NCBI GenBank assembly: GCA_014728035.1
Contig: WJMJ01000018.1
Span: 1 to 64,000, forward strand
From: Promethearchaeota archaeon
GTDB lineage: Archaea; Asgardarchaeota; Thorarchaeia; Thorarchaeales; Thorarchaeaceae
Reading direction: 5' to 3'
DNA: 64,000 nt
Shown here: piece after piece, positions 41,685 to 52,109 of the stretch
Layout: each line of letters opens with the position of its first letter
Numbering within the stretch: position 1 is the first letter of the stretch
The notes under the pieces: model-generated
Database searches by the model: none
The model's input: only the letters and a program-made list of their open reading frames with translations
What the model was told of the DNA's origin: nothing
Made by a program: the position numbers and the translations under genes

Positions 41685-42818
41685 CTATCTGTCCCACCAA
41701 CCTGGGTATGGATCTAAACTTCCGAATATCACAATGAAATCAGCAAACTTGTTTCCAGGAACAAGATGCTTCAACGAATAATATGAGTTGAAACAAGGGC
41801 CTCGTATTTTTGCTCGATAGGGTGTTTGTGATTTATTCATTGTGCGAAGATACAGAGAAGTAATACCACGAGTACCTTCCACACGTCCATACGCTTCTCC
41901 TTCTGGAAGACGATTTGCTTTTCCACGTGCTTTGGGGTTGTATATCTCACCCTCTGGAAGGAGTGGAAGTAGTTGACGAATAATCTCTACCGAGGTTTCG
42001 ATTTCCTTGAATCTCTGGACCATCCGATCATAAGAATCACTTTCTCCAGGATGCTCCTTGTTAACATATGTTGGAACCTCCCAGTCCACCATGTCATAGG
42101 CTAAGTTCTCGTCAGGTGAATCTTTTCGAAGATCCATTGGAACACCACATGCACGGATATTTGGACCGCTTAATCCCCATCGCAGTGCTTGATTTGTGGT
42201 GAATTGTCCAATACCTCGAGTTCTTACTTTGAAGGTTGGACTTCGTAATAACATATCCCGAAATTTTGGCATCCGATCTTCTAACCGTTTCACTGCTCTA
42301 TTCAGTTTCTTTAGAAATTTATCAGTGAAATCATACTTGACTCCGCCAGGTGTATTGTAAGATACCGCATGTCGTGAGCCAGTTAATTCTTCAAAAGCAT
42401 CAAGGAAAAATTCTCGATCCACCCAGGGCCATAGAAGCATAGTGAATAAACCAAGTTCTGCTGCAAATTGCCCCCACCAAAATTGTAGACTATGAATTCG
42501 ACTAGCCTCCATCATGATAGTACGCATTACTTTTGCTCGTTCAGGAATGTCTATACCGGCTATTCGCTCTACAGCTGAAACATATGGATATTCTGCTAGA
42601 AACGCCTCTAGCATGCAAAGGCGTTCCATAATGAGCGCACCTTGTCTGAAATTCCGAAACTCAAGACACTTCTCTGCAGAACGATGGAAGTATCCAGCAT
42701 TGGGATCACATTCAACAATATAGTCCCCAACTAGTGTGAGTTTGGCTGCCCAACCATGAGCTGAAACGTGTTGAGGACCGAACCAGATCTCAGTAGCTTC
42801 TTCAAGTACGTCCTTCAC
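41685..42818 (-). CDS. nuoD: Complex I-like subunit D (no NiFe site)
   Basis: FGPQHVSAHG, GYFHR, SGPNIRACG, EGTRG and terminal SLD...DR; no CxxC pairs. Confidence 0.9.
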   Translation of the reverse strand: MKDVLEEATEIWFGPQHVSAHGWAAKLTLVGDYIVECDPNAGYFHRSAEKCLEFRNFRQGALIMERLCMLEAFLAEYPYVSAVERIAGIDIPERAKVMRTIMMEASRIHSLQFWWGQFAAELGLFTMLLWPWVDREFFLDAFEELTGSRHAVSYNTPGGVKYDFTDKFLKKLNRAVKRLEDRMPKFRDMLLRSPTFKVRTRGIGQFTTNQALRWGLSGPNIRACGVPMDLRKDSPDENLAYDMVDWEVPTYVNKEHPGESDSYDRMVQRFKEIETSVEIIRQLLPLLPEGEIYNPKARGKANRLPEGEAYGRVEGTRGITSLYLRTMNKSQTPYRAKIRGPCFNSYYSLKHLVPGNKFADFIVIFGSLDPYPGWWDR

Positions 42819-43336
42819 CTGTTAGCACCTCCATCTGATGTAGTTGATTTGACCTCAGTCTCTTCTAACCTACTTCTATCAGTCTTGAAACTCTTTCTTA
42901 AGGGGTACTTTCCCTCTAGTTCTTCTGGAAGTAACAATAATCGTAAATCAGGATGTCCTTCGAAATATACTCCAAACATCTCATGTGTTTCTCGCTCATG
43001 CCATTCCATTCCAGGAAAAATATCAGAAATACTTGGAATAGTTGGTGTATCTACTGGAAGAGGGACACGTATCTGGCATAGAACCTGATTTGAATGTGAC
43101 CAGAAATAATAGATAACTTCGAATCCTGAATCCTCCAGATCCACTCCAAGTATTGTTTCAGGAAAGAGGTCAGAGTACGCAGCATCTAACATCTTCACTA
43201 TATCAACGATGTATTCTGGTGAGGTATCAATTTGAACTGTCTGGAAGCCTGCGGTGCGAGCCTCAATCCCCTTGAATTTTTGTTTCAGCTCATGCACCAA
43301 TTGAGCTCCAGAAATTCCACCCTCAGGGTTAGACAC
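42815..43336 (-). CDS. nuoC: Complex I-like subunit C
   Basis: WHERETHEMFGVYFEGHPDLR and YPLRK; GTG 43336 preceded by AGGAGG. Confidence 0.9.
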   Translation of the reverse strand: MSNPEGGISGAQLVHELKQKFKGIEARTAGFQTVQIDTSPEYIVDIVKMLDAAYSDLFPETILGVDLEDSGFEVIYYFWSHSNQVLCQIRVPLPVDTPTIPSISDIFPGMEWHERETHEMFGVYFEGHPDLRLLLLPEELEGKYPLRKSFKTDRSRLEETEVKSTTSDGGANR

Positions 43337-43649
43337 TTCGAGTTTCCTCCTGATGAATTGTTTGTCCAAGATCCACTGTTCCATACCGTCGATGATACAT
43401 AAGCATCAGAACCATTGCTAAAGCGGTATGAGCTGCTGCGATAGTGATGATGAGAATAGTTAGGCCTTGCCCAGTAAACGTGAATGGTGTATTATACAAT
43501 GCAAAGGCAATGAGAGCGATTGTTACACCATTGCCAATAATTTCAGCACCGATGAGTACACGAATGAGGTTTCGTTTAACCATCATTCCATACACACCTA
43601 ATCCTATCAGCATAAATGACAAGATCAGATACCATGACATTGGAATCAC
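43329..43649 (-). CDS. nuoK: Complex I-like subunit K
   Basis: GLGVYG..KRNLIRVLIGAEI; 3 TM helices. Confidence 0.88.
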   Translation of the reverse strand: MIPMSWYLILSFMLIGLGVYGMMVKRNLIRVLIGAEIIGNGVTIALIAFALYNTPFTFTGQGLTILIITIAAAHTALAMVLMLMYHRRYGTVDLGQTIHQEETRSV

Positions 43650-44260
43650 TCTTCATCATCTCCTTTAATCTCAGAGTACCCTGGATGAGTTACAGCTTCG
43701 ATTCCAAACTCTCCTTTGATAGGTTCTAGACGTTCAGCCTTTTCCATCTTCATAATTACCACAGCACCAACAAGAGCAGTCAGAATAATTAGCGCACTCA
43801 TCTGAATATAGATACCATGACCACCCCATAACCATTGAGCTAGACCCTCAAGACTCTGAGAGAGGTCTATATTCTCTATTGCAAAGCTTTCAGGCCATGG
43901 AAAGAGAAGAGCAAGAGTACCGGATAAGATCATCACAATAGTTGCAGTAAGAATGCCCAGTTGTTTTGCACGAGATGTTGGAAACACCTCCAATGTACTA
44001 TCTTGAGCTCGTGGCAATAGTAGAACAGCAAAAATAATCAATGCACTGATGCCGCCAGTATAGACTGCGATCTGCATCCCTGCAATGAATGGTGCTTCTA
44101 GGAGCAAATAGAAACCTGCAACAACTGACGCCATAATTCCGAAAAAGAATGCTGCATAAACAATATCTTCATGTTCCAATGCAAGATATGCAAGGATTAG
44201 CACTAAACCTGCAAGTAGCAAAAACTCAACTTGTTCAAAGAGGGTCTCAATTCCTTGCAT
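43646..44260 (-). CDS. nuoJ: Complex I-like subunit J
   Basis: LEAPFIAGMQIAVYTGGI; 5 TM helices. Confidence 0.88.
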   Translation of the reverse strand: MQGIETLFEQVEFLLLAGLVLILAYLALEHEDIVYAAFFFGIMASVVAGFYLLLEAPFIAGMQIAVYTGGISALIIFAVLLLPRAQDSTLEVFPTSRAKQLGILTATIVMILSGTLALLFPWPESFAIENIDLSQSLEGLAQWLWGGHGIYIQMSALIILTALVGAVVIMKMEKAERLEPIKGEFGIEAVTHPGYSEIKGDDEE

Positions 44261-44710
44261 TTAGTCTACCTCCCTCTGCATAGATGCTTCACTTTCAGCT
44301 TTTGCTTTCCGATACAATTCAACCGTTTCTTTCCCTGAAAGAAATGTTTCTGGAAGCCTTCGTATTGCATACCAGATTCCGAACATGAAAATTGCAATAA
44401 AGATAATCGATTGCCAAACCGCAAATTCAGTAAGACGTAATGAGGAACTTGAAAGCAACCAGAGGAATGCTCCCAATACATCAACCACTAAGAACAGAAT
44501 TGTATAGGTAAGATAGTTATATGGAAAAGATATTCTAGCTGGACCAATGGGTTCCTCTCCACACTCATAGGTGGAAGTCTTTTCAGAATTCTGAAGTACA
44601 TGTGGCCGTAATACCCATGAAGCGAATAACATCACGATAACAAGAACCGCTGCTAGTAATCCCCAGACTAATACCGGAATGAAGTCTATGAAGAGCCTCA
44701 CTATTTCCAC
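44261..44710 (-). CDS. nuoA: Complex I-like subunit A
   Basis: K..TYECGEEP loop; 3 TM helices. Confidence 0.9.
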   Translation of the reverse strand: MEIVRLFIDFIPVLVWGLLAAVLVIVMLFASWVLRPHVLQNSEKTSTYECGEEPIGPARISFPYNYLTYTILFLVVDVLGAFLWLLSSSSLRLTEFAVWQSIIFIAIFMFGIWYAIRRLPETFLSGKETVELYRKAKAESEASMQREVD

Positions 44711-44845
44711 CTTGTTTTTGTATACGAGGGTATCTACATGGCTTCAGATTAACACTGTGTTTGCTCGCACAATGATTGAAATCTTTCAACCACTAGAGGA
44801 GCAAGTATCGAGGTCTATCATAAAAACTTACTGACTTTTCCATCT

Positions 44846-44861
44846 CGAAAGTCTTATAGAG
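44846..44861 (+). promoter_or_regulatory. Candidate archaeal BRE/TATA
   Basis: CGAAAG followed by TCTTATAG about 30 nt upstream of the GTG at 44891. Confidence 0.35.
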
Positions 44862-44890
44862 TGAGGTGTTAGAAAGAGTCAGTGATATAG

Positions 44891-45250
44891 GTGGCTTTGA
44901 TGGAAAAGGAAAATCACGTCGGAGTGTTTCATTACATTGCTCTGGCTCTTGGAATTGTTTCACTTACCACTTATGCATGGTGGGTATTCTTTGCTGGCAC
45001 TTGGCTGTTTGACTTGATGGATATCCTGTTTATTGCATCAGGAGTTGCTATGATACCAATCACACTCATAATAGGCAAAGCGGACTCTCGTTCTGGTAGA
45101 GTAGTCTTCACCATCATCTCAGGAGCCCTTGGAGGTGTGCATGGCTATTTAGATCTAGCATTCTTCCCAACCACCGGCGCAATGATGTTTCTACTATTTG
45201 GAATTGGACTTCTTATGACTGCATCTGCACTTATATGGATGGAGAAGTAA
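44891..45250 (+). CDS. Small 4-TM membrane protein
   Basis: Hydrophobic 119-aa ORF divergent from nuoA. Confidence 0.65.
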   Translation: MALMEKENHVGVFHYIALALGIVSLTTYAWWVFFAGTWLFDLMDILFIASGVAMIPITLIIGKADSRSGRVVFTIISGALGGVHGYLDLAFFPTTGAMMFLLFGIGLLMTASALIWMEK

Positions 45251-45272
45251 TTGCAAAGGAGCATGTTAGACT

Positions 45273-46280
45273 CTATCTATCATTGTTCATTGGTGAGAAT
45301 TGTACAATTGCCCAAGTAACATGGGTAGGAATTGCAGGAAGCGCATCAATCTTAATCTCGAAGATTTCGCTAGATGCGGTTGGTTCAATAAACGAATCCT
45401 CCTCGAACAAAATAGAAGTCTCAAAAAATGATGCAGACATATCTTCAAGTCTATTTTTGAATCCAAATTCCAGCTCGTATTCCTCAAGGATTTCTGCGTT
45501 CTCATCTTCATTATCTGGAAAGAAATAGGTTAGAAAGTAAGCTACTCCATTAAGACACCTTTTCAGTTCCTTGAGAAATTCTTCACTTTGTGTGATGTTA
45601 GTTAGACCGAGATTAGTTGTGAAAACCCCAATTGATCTATCTTTGAAAGGCATTTTTTTAGCATCAAATGCAATCAGACTTACTTTGTCATAAAGTCCAA
45701 AATGTTCTAATCGTTCCTTATTTCTCTGAAGAATACTTGGACTGATATCACTCAGAATAACAGGATTATCCAGCTGTGAAAACATTTCTGCAAATCCACC
45801 CATCCCAGAAGCAATATCGATGATTACATCACTTTTGTCAGAGAGCAATTTTTTCAATTGTGCTTTTTTCTTCTGATACGCCAGATTATAAGAGTCAGTA
45901 TAAATCTCCACTTCAGACCGTATTTCCTCCGCTCGATCATAATCTCCTCTTTCATCAAGAATCATTGAACGTAGGAATTTATCTGCAGGATTCAAAGTTG
46001 ATAAATCACTCTGCATGAGTTTTTCTTCATACTCAGAATTGGTATCCAATGCCTTTGCGAGGTTACTTTGTACAACTCTCCAGAAATCAGCATCGTTTGA
46101 AACATCTAGAAGAAAGACAGCAATTCCATCTTTTACAAAATAATGAGTATCACATTCACTACAAGAAACCTCAGCCTCGATAATTCTGTTTTCTGTTTCG
46201 GTTTGGATACTCCATTCTAAATCATTATGGCACTGAGGGCAATAGAATAGTGTCTGAATGGATTTTAGCATGATTCTCAA
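45273..46280 (-). CDS. Trm112-like Zn domain fused to class I SAM methyltransferase
   Basis: CPQCHNDL...CSEC..YFVKDGI N-terminus; IIDIASGMGG, LSDIS and FDAKKMPF. Confidence 0.8.
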   Translation of the reverse strand: MRIMLKSIQTLFYCPQCHNDLEWSIQTETENRIIEAEVSCSECDTHYFVKDGIAVFLLDVSNDADFWRVVQSNLAKALDTNSEYEEKLMQSDLSTLNPADKFLRSMILDERGDYDRAEEIRSEVEIYTDSYNLAYQKKKAQLKKLLSDKSDVIIDIASGMGGFAEMFSQLDNPVILSDISPSILQRNKERLEHFGLYDKVSLIAFDAKKMPFKDRSIGVFTTNLGLTNITQSEEFLKELKRCLNGVAYFLTYFFPDNEDENAEILEEYELEFGFKNRLEDMSASFFETSILFEEDSFIEPTASSEIFEIKIDALPAIPTHVTWAIVQFSPMNNDR

Positions 46281-46418
46281 ATTTTGAAAGAAATAGTAAT
46301 TAAAAAGAAATCACTTCTACGCAAATTTCGAATTAATAAACAAGTACGTAATGTAATTCAAAATTTCAGTCCCAGACTTTAAGAGATATCATTTCATAAT
46401 ATAACCTGAGATGAGAGA

Positions 46419-46655
46419 ATGAATACTTCAAAGGTAATCGGTATTCTTACAGGGTTAATTGGATGCATAATTTTAGCCATTAGTGGTTGGTTCATTGTAT
46501 TTGGAATCCAGTGGGTAGTCTGGAATGCACCATTATCTATGAATCCTCCTAGCGATATCGCATGGTTGGTTGTTTCTGCTACGCCTCTTGGATTTTTTTT
46601 ACTTGGATTAGGATTCATGATGATACTATGGAGCAAAACTCTATTCTTTGAATGA
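46419..46655 (+). CDS. Small 2-TM protein
   Basis: ATG start and two hydrophobic helices. Confidence 0.5.
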   Translation: MNTSKVIGILTGLIGCIILAISGWFIVFGIQWVVWNAPLSMNPPSDIAWLVVSATPLGFFLLGLGFMMILWSKTLFFE

Positions 46656-46734
46656 TTCTCACTTCTTATGAGTAGAGCTGGTTGGCAATATTAGCAAGGA
46701 GTAGGATGAAATAAGACAAGAAATCAAATGAAAT

Positions 46735-47235
46735 TCAACCCGGTAGCGATTTCTCATCATTTTCTTTAAGTATTTCTTGCGCGAGTTCACCATAGATATC
46801 TTCACGAGTTGATAGCCAAGTTAGAAATCTTTCAAATTCACCTTCAGGTGCACTCCATTTTGGATCGTTCAGATATTCCTGAAGATACTCAAGTCCCTCT
46901 CTGGGACTCATATTTTCAATCGCTTCCATAAATCCATCAAATGAACTGACATCTCTATGAACCATCACACCTATCATCTGAATATGTATGAAAAAAAAGC
47001 CCATCAAAATCAACAATAACAAATTAATGCTTCCGAACACTTCAATCCAAAATGGACTACCAGACATAAGAACAGCAGCTCTTGTAGATACTATAAGAAT
47101 AGTTACTGACAACATCCAGAAGATGAAGAACAACAGTCGGACACTAATTTGAGTATCATAATACTTTACAATTGATAGATATGCTAAGAAGGCTAGAGAA
47201 AAAAATGAAACAATAATGCCAATAACCTCTAACAA
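46735..47235 (-). CDS. Hypothetical membrane protein (3 TM plus acidic domain)
   Basis: Hydrophobic N-half; TTG start after GAGGT. Confidence 0.6.
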   Translation of the reverse strand: MLEVIGIIVSFFSLAFLAYLSIVKYYDTQISVRLLFFIFWMLSVTILIVSTRAAVLMSGSPFWIEVFGSINLLLLILMGFFFIHIQMIGVMVHRDVSSFDGFMEAIENMSPREGLEYLQEYLNDPKWSAPEGEFERFLTWLSTREDIYGELAQEILKENDEKSLPG

Positions 47236-47399
47236 TCATACATACCTCATCTGCAATTCTAAGGATAATGAAATAAATTATCAATTATTTCAAAATTCCG
47301 ATTTTGCTTAATTTGGTTTCAAATAAAGGACCAAAATATCCTAGATAGATAAAAAAGCAGAAATGAAACAATTAGAATGTTATACTCAATCATGGAATA

Positions 47400-49259
47400 T
47401 TGCCGAGTGAATTGTCTATGAGTATGAGAGATAAATTTCAGAAAGTCAGAAGTAAGAAATTATTCAATGAGATTAAAGAACATATGATTATGGGCCAATT
47501 CAAAGATGCACTTGAGAAAATCAATTCACTTGACGTGCAATATCTTCCTGATTCTGAGCAAGTTGAACTAAGAATTGAAGCTTGGAAGATAATGTGCATC
47601 ACACGTCAGGGCAAGTACCAAGAAGGATTGAAACTTGCTGATGCGTTTATTCAATCTTGTGTAGAAGAAGAATTATGCAGGGAACCTATTCTTGACACAA
47701 TAATTGCAAAATCCTATTCATATAGTGCACTAGGAAAGATAGATGATGGTTTGGATATGTGTAAAAAGGCTGAACAAATCCTCAAGAATCTCGACCTGAC
47801 AACAAGAGAAAATCGAGCACGTTTGGCGAGCGTTTTGACAATCCAAGGATTAAATGCATTACATCAAGGAGACCTTGAATTAGCAATTGAGATATATTCA
47901 CAGAGTTATCCAATTCTAGATGAACTTGGAAACAAGAAAAGTGCTTCCGCAGCACTACACAATATAGGCAGTACATACCGAGTAATGGGAGATCTTGATA
48001 GAGCTCTAGAATACGTTGAAATGTCGAAAGCAATTTCAGAAGAAATCGAGTACATTCCGAACCTAGCTGGTGCATACACCACAACTGGAATTATCTTCTA
48101 TCAAAAAGGGCAACTCGAAAAAGCATCGGATAATCTCGATAAAAGTCTAGAGATGTTCAGGGATATCGGGCATAGAGTGTATCTGGCCAGAGGTCTATAT
48201 TATGCAGTGGTGATTGCTGTTGCTCAAGAAGACTTGAAGAGAGCAGATGAATATCTGAATCAGATGAGCGCAATTAACAATGAATTGGATAGCCTTCTCA
48301 TAAGTCAGCATTACCGTGTAGCAAAAGCATTATGGCACAAATCTAAGGGAGAACCAACGGATTTGCAAATAGCCCACGATCTTTTCGAACAAGTTGTGAA
48401 TGAGAAGATTACTTTCTTTGAGGTTACATTTCAATCACTGCTCAGTCTAAGCGACCTTCTCTTAGAACAAATGAAATCTTCAGATAGCGAAGAACACATG
48501 GGAAGTATCAAAGAGTATGCTGAGATGGCTCTTGAGATTGCAGTTAGTCAAGGTTCTCATTGGCTTGAAGCTGAAACTTACTGTTTACAAGCACAAATAG
48601 CTTTGATTGAGATAGACTATGAGAAAGCTAAACAGTTACTAACCAAAGCCCAACTAATTGCAGATGATAAGGGATTACATCAGTTAGCTAGAAGAATTTC
48701 CAAGGAATTTGACGAATTGCTTAGGAAAGAAGAGAGATGGACAGAGATTAGCAAAAGTGGAGCATCAGTTTCAGAAAGACTAGAAATCGCTCAGATAAAT
48801 GAACGAGTAGAAAGGATGGCGAAAATCCAAGAGGCTGTTACACCAGATGAAGAAAAAGATCAACCAATTCAGTTCATGCTTCTTTCAGCTCATGAAGGAT
48901 ACTGCATTGTTTCTAAAGAATTCGAGACATCCTTTAAGGTAGACGAGTCCCTTGTGAGTGGATTTCTAAGTGCAATTACAAGTTTCAGTGATGAAGTTTT
49001 TTCATTACCACTTGATAGAATTAAAGTAGGCGAATTTATCTTACTCTTTAGAGCCATTATGCCCTTTCTGTTCTGCTATGTATTCAAAGGAGAGTCTTAC
49101 TCAGCATTGAAGAAAGTAGAACAAATAATCGAATATCTAAAAGAGGATGAAGTATTATGGATGTCTTTACGTGAAACAATAGAATCTGGAAAACTTAATA
49201 ATCAGGTCAATCAGGAAGTGCAAAGAATTGTTACCGATGTATTCCAGATAGTTGCATAA
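47400..49259 (+). CDS. TPR-repeat protein with C-terminal longin-like domain
   Basis: TPR units (ALHNIG..Y..GDLDRALEY). C-terminal LVSGFLSAITSFSDEVF...LDRIKVGEF resembles Asgard longin-like domains. Confidence 0.75.
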   Translation: MPSELSMSMRDKFQKVRSKKLFNEIKEHMIMGQFKDALEKINSLDVQYLPDSEQVELRIEAWKIMCITRQGKYQEGLKLADAFIQSCVEEELCREPILDTIIAKSYSYSALGKIDDGLDMCKKAEQILKNLDLTTRENRARLASVLTIQGLNALHQGDLELAIEIYSQSYPILDELGNKKSASAALHNIGSTYRVMGDLDRALEYVEMSKAISEEIEYIPNLAGAYTTTGIIFYQKGQLEKASDNLDKSLEMFRDIGHRVYLARGLYYAVVIAVAQEDLKRADEYLNQMSAINNELDSLLISQHYRVAKALWHKSKGEPTDLQIAHDLFEQVVNEKITFFEVTFQSLLSLSDLLLEQMKSSDSEEHMGSIKEYAEMALEIAVSQGSHWLEAETYCLQAQIALIEIDYEKAKQLLTKAQLIADDKGLHQLARRISKEFDELLRKEERWTEISKSGASVSERLEIAQINERVERMAKIQEAVTPDEEKDQPIQFMLLSAHEGYCIVSKEFETSFKVDESLVSGFLSAITSFSDEVFSLPLDRIKVGEFILLFRAIMPFLFCYVFKGESYSALKKVEQIIEYLKEDEVLWMSLRETIESGKLNNQVNQEVQRIVTDVFQIVA

Positions 49260-49373
49260 TAGAAGGCATTGTAGGATAAACTTGAGAAATTAGTAATTTC
49301 TCATAACAAGGCTTATCCTTTTCTTCCCAATAGATATTCTGAATCTTTGTACATGCCTTGTGGTGGTATTGTA

Positions 49374-51365
49374 ATGTTTCATATTTCAAAAAAAATAATT
49401 CTTTATTCTATTCTAACATTAATGATATGTCAGCCCATTATTCCTATTGATAAAACAGGAACCTACTCATCTGTATCTACCGATACTCCACCTTCTAGCA
49501 TCTTTGTAGAGAACATTCTAGAAGATCCATCTCTAGATTCTGAACCCGAAGTTGTAATAGAAGGCGATTCTGGAGAATTTTCATATGTCTACCATAAGGC
49601 AGATGATGAGAACGATTTCAATCATATGAACCTTACATGGGAGCACAGCTCAGGTAATGAGTTAGATTTTAGAACGGGAGGAAATGAAGCGATGCCAGAC
49701 TATTGGGATTTCATCTACTTTTATCAAGAATTTGAGTGGCAAGATAACGAACTTCCATTAGATGCAACTCTTCATCTAAATTATAATATCAATTCAACTG
49801 GTTCATTTGTTTTAGAAAATGGTGGACAAAACACTTTTCGGTGTTATGTGTGGTTAATTGATTCTTCAGAAAATTGGATAATGCTTTACGAATCGTTTCC
49901 ACCCTATATTGAAGAGTATCAACAAAAAGAATATTATCTGAATTACTTCCAAATTAGGGATGCCTGGGGAGGGACCATTGAAGATAGTAGTGGGGAACAA
50001 GAAGATCCTTCAGACACAGTTAGATTTGCAGTTGGTTTAGCACCAGAATATTATGAAACATATCCATTTGACGATTTCAATGGGTCTGTGACCTTGAGTA
50101 TTAGAGAAATGAAGTTGTTCACTTATATGAAAACAGAACCTACAGAATCAGATATTCTTGACCCCATATATAACACAACTTGGCATTATCCTCCTGAGAA
50201 TGTATTCCCAGATATCTCGAACGAATATAATGAATCCTTGATGGATTTTAGGGATCTAACAATTGCGGATGATGGATTTGTATATGTCTTATGTCAAGCA
50301 CGCAATACCTTCGATCTATATTCCACTGGAAGGTCTTATTCCTACCAGATCCTGATGAAATACTCTCCAGAACTTGAACTTGTATGGACATCACGGAATG
50401 CAAATCTAACCTACGGATTTGACATAATTACCTATGATGGATTTATTTACACAACAGGGAATAAATGGAATCCATCTCATAGTTCAAAAGACCTATTATT
50501 TACAAAATGGTCCTTAGAAGGAGAGAAGGTTTGGGAAACCCAATGGGGTACATTCCATGATGAACTGGGAATGAGTATAGGAGTATCAGAGGACGGAGGA
50601 TTCTATGTGTTAGGAGGGCAATACAATCATACACTGGAACCAATGTTGGATAGATCAGTATTCCTAAAATTTGATTCTTCAGGTTCAGTAGAATGGAATA
50701 ATACTAACGAATTTCCTGCACGCGGTGGAAATTACGAAATTTTTATGGTGTCTGATGGTATATTTTGGGGGCCCAGTTATATCATGAAACTAGACTTCAA
50801 CTGTGAACAAGTATGGAATATTTCTACATTCCACTATAAGTATTGGGTGGATAATGCAGGCGACTTGTATACAATTAGGACTAGTACCGCACCTGATACC
50901 AATATAGAGGAACTCAATGTTACCAAATGGGAATCAAATGATGAAATTGAATGGAGTTCAAATTATTCATTAATTTACAAAGATGGCAGAAGTGATAATA
51001 TCGAGGGTCTGGATATAACTGTTAACTCAGCTGGTGATGTCTATGTTTTGGTTTTGGGTCGTAGTCTTAGCTGGGATAATCATCTCTTGAAGTACAATCA
51101 AGATGGAACCCTTATGTCCGACAAATTAGTCTGTCCGGAGGTTGATGAAGCAATGCTGTGGCAGACAACGAAGATGATGTTAAAAGAGAATGGAGTGCTA
51201 TATATTGGATACACTGAACTATGCTCTAAGGGGATAAAGTTAGAGGCGTATGTGGCTGATCAAGAATTATTCGACCAAGGATGGATAATTCTAGTAATTA
51301 TTGCAATCATCGGAATAGTGTCTGTTGCTTTGCTCCTAATTATTTACCAGACTAAAATACGATAA
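49374..51365 (+). CDS. Secreted, membrane-anchored beta-propeller protein
   Basis: Signal peptide; repeats of D/G-x-x-Y-V...L-x-K-Y/W...G...W; C-terminal TM plus basic tail. Confidence 0.75.
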   Translation: MFHISKKIILYSILTLMICQPIIPIDKTGTYSSVSTDTPPSSIFVENILEDPSLDSEPEVVIEGDSGEFSYVYHKADDENDFNHMNLTWEHSSGNELDFRTGGNEAMPDYWDFIYFYQEFEWQDNELPLDATLHLNYNINSTGSFVLENGGQNTFRCYVWLIDSSENWIMLYESFPPYIEEYQQKEYYLNYFQIRDAWGGTIEDSSGEQEDPSDTVRFAVGLAPEYYETYPFDDFNGSVTLSIREMKLFTYMKTEPTESDILDPIYNTTWHYPPENVFPDISNEYNESLMDFRDLTIADDGFVYVLCQARNTFDLYSTGRSYSYQILMKYSPELELVWTSRNANLTYGFDIITYDGFIYTTGNKWNPSHSSKDLLFTKWSLEGEKVWETQWGTFHDELGMSIGVSEDGGFYVLGGQYNHTLEPMLDRSVFLKFDSSGSVEWNNTNEFPARGGNYEIFMVSDGIFWGPSYIMKLDFNCEQVWNISTFHYKYWVDNAGDLYTIRTSTAPDTNIEELNVTKWESNDEIEWSSNYSLIYKDGRSDNIEGLDITVNSAGDVYVLVLGRSLSWDNHLLKYNQDGTLMSDKLVCPEVDEAMLWQTTKMMLKENGVLYIGYTELCSKGIKLEAYVADQELFDQGWIILVIIAIIGIVSVALLLIIYQTKIR

Positions 51366-51506
51366 AATAGTATTAAAAACAGTAGAATAATGAATGAAAT
51401 GATGATTTGCAATTTAGTTCAAAGAATCATTCTTCCTAACAATGATGAGAATTCATGTCTATTGCTAAGTTAATATATGAAAGCGTCCTTCAACAATGTG
51501 ATTAAA

Positions 51507-51794
51507 ATGCCAAAAGTTTGTTCAGAATGTGGAGATGCGATTCCTTCGGCAACAGCAAAACATCTTCAAAAACAGAGGTCTGACGACCGACTGGTCTGTC
51601 CTAAGTGTGTAAGCAAGCTTATCAAATCAAAAGAGTTGCATCACCCGATGTGTGAAAAATGTCGTGAACCAATAGATCCAGCTCTGCTACAAGCATATGC
51701 GGTATCAGGTCATAATGAGAACATGCCCTCATTCTGTGAGAAGTGTGGCAAGAAGGGCTCACCAAAACTTCCACCAAAACGTTTGTATGATTGA
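51507..51794 (+). CDS. Small zinc-finger protein (4 CxxC)
   Basis: CSEC, CPKC, CEKC and CEKC. Confidence 0.7.
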   Translation: MPKVCSECGDAIPSATAKHLQKQRSDDRLVCPKCVSKLIKSKELHHPMCEKCREPIDPALLQAYAVSGHNENMPSFCEKCGKKGSPKLPPKRLYD

Positions 51795-52109
51795 ATAGCT
51801 CTCTTTGTTGGAATTTTTATCTTTGTGAGAATCTCAACAGCTGTATTTTGAATAACTCTATAATTAGATTAAAAATCGGATTTTCGCAATGTTAGAATCT
51901 TTAAATGAAACGCATGAGTAGAATACTCAGTGGCAAGATAGAAAGTATAAGTTAAATTGTGAATGGCTTTTCTCGGATGATATCGACCACATTTGACCAT
52001 TTTACATGTCGAATGGAAGATTCAGATTGCAAATTGTATATTACAAATCACAATCTATCCCGATATCGCAGACATGGATTTTGTAGGAAGTAATCAGATA
52101 CCAAAAATT

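Noticed and set aside
43337-43384. 56-bp nuoK/nuoC overlap
   Set aside because: A GTG at 43336 with an AGGAGG RBS gives a normal 8-bp overlap
33353-44710. Group 4 membrane-bound [NiFe] hydrogenase
   Set aside because: The D subunit lacks both CxxC Ni-binding motifs and the cognate B domain has the complex I tandem CC
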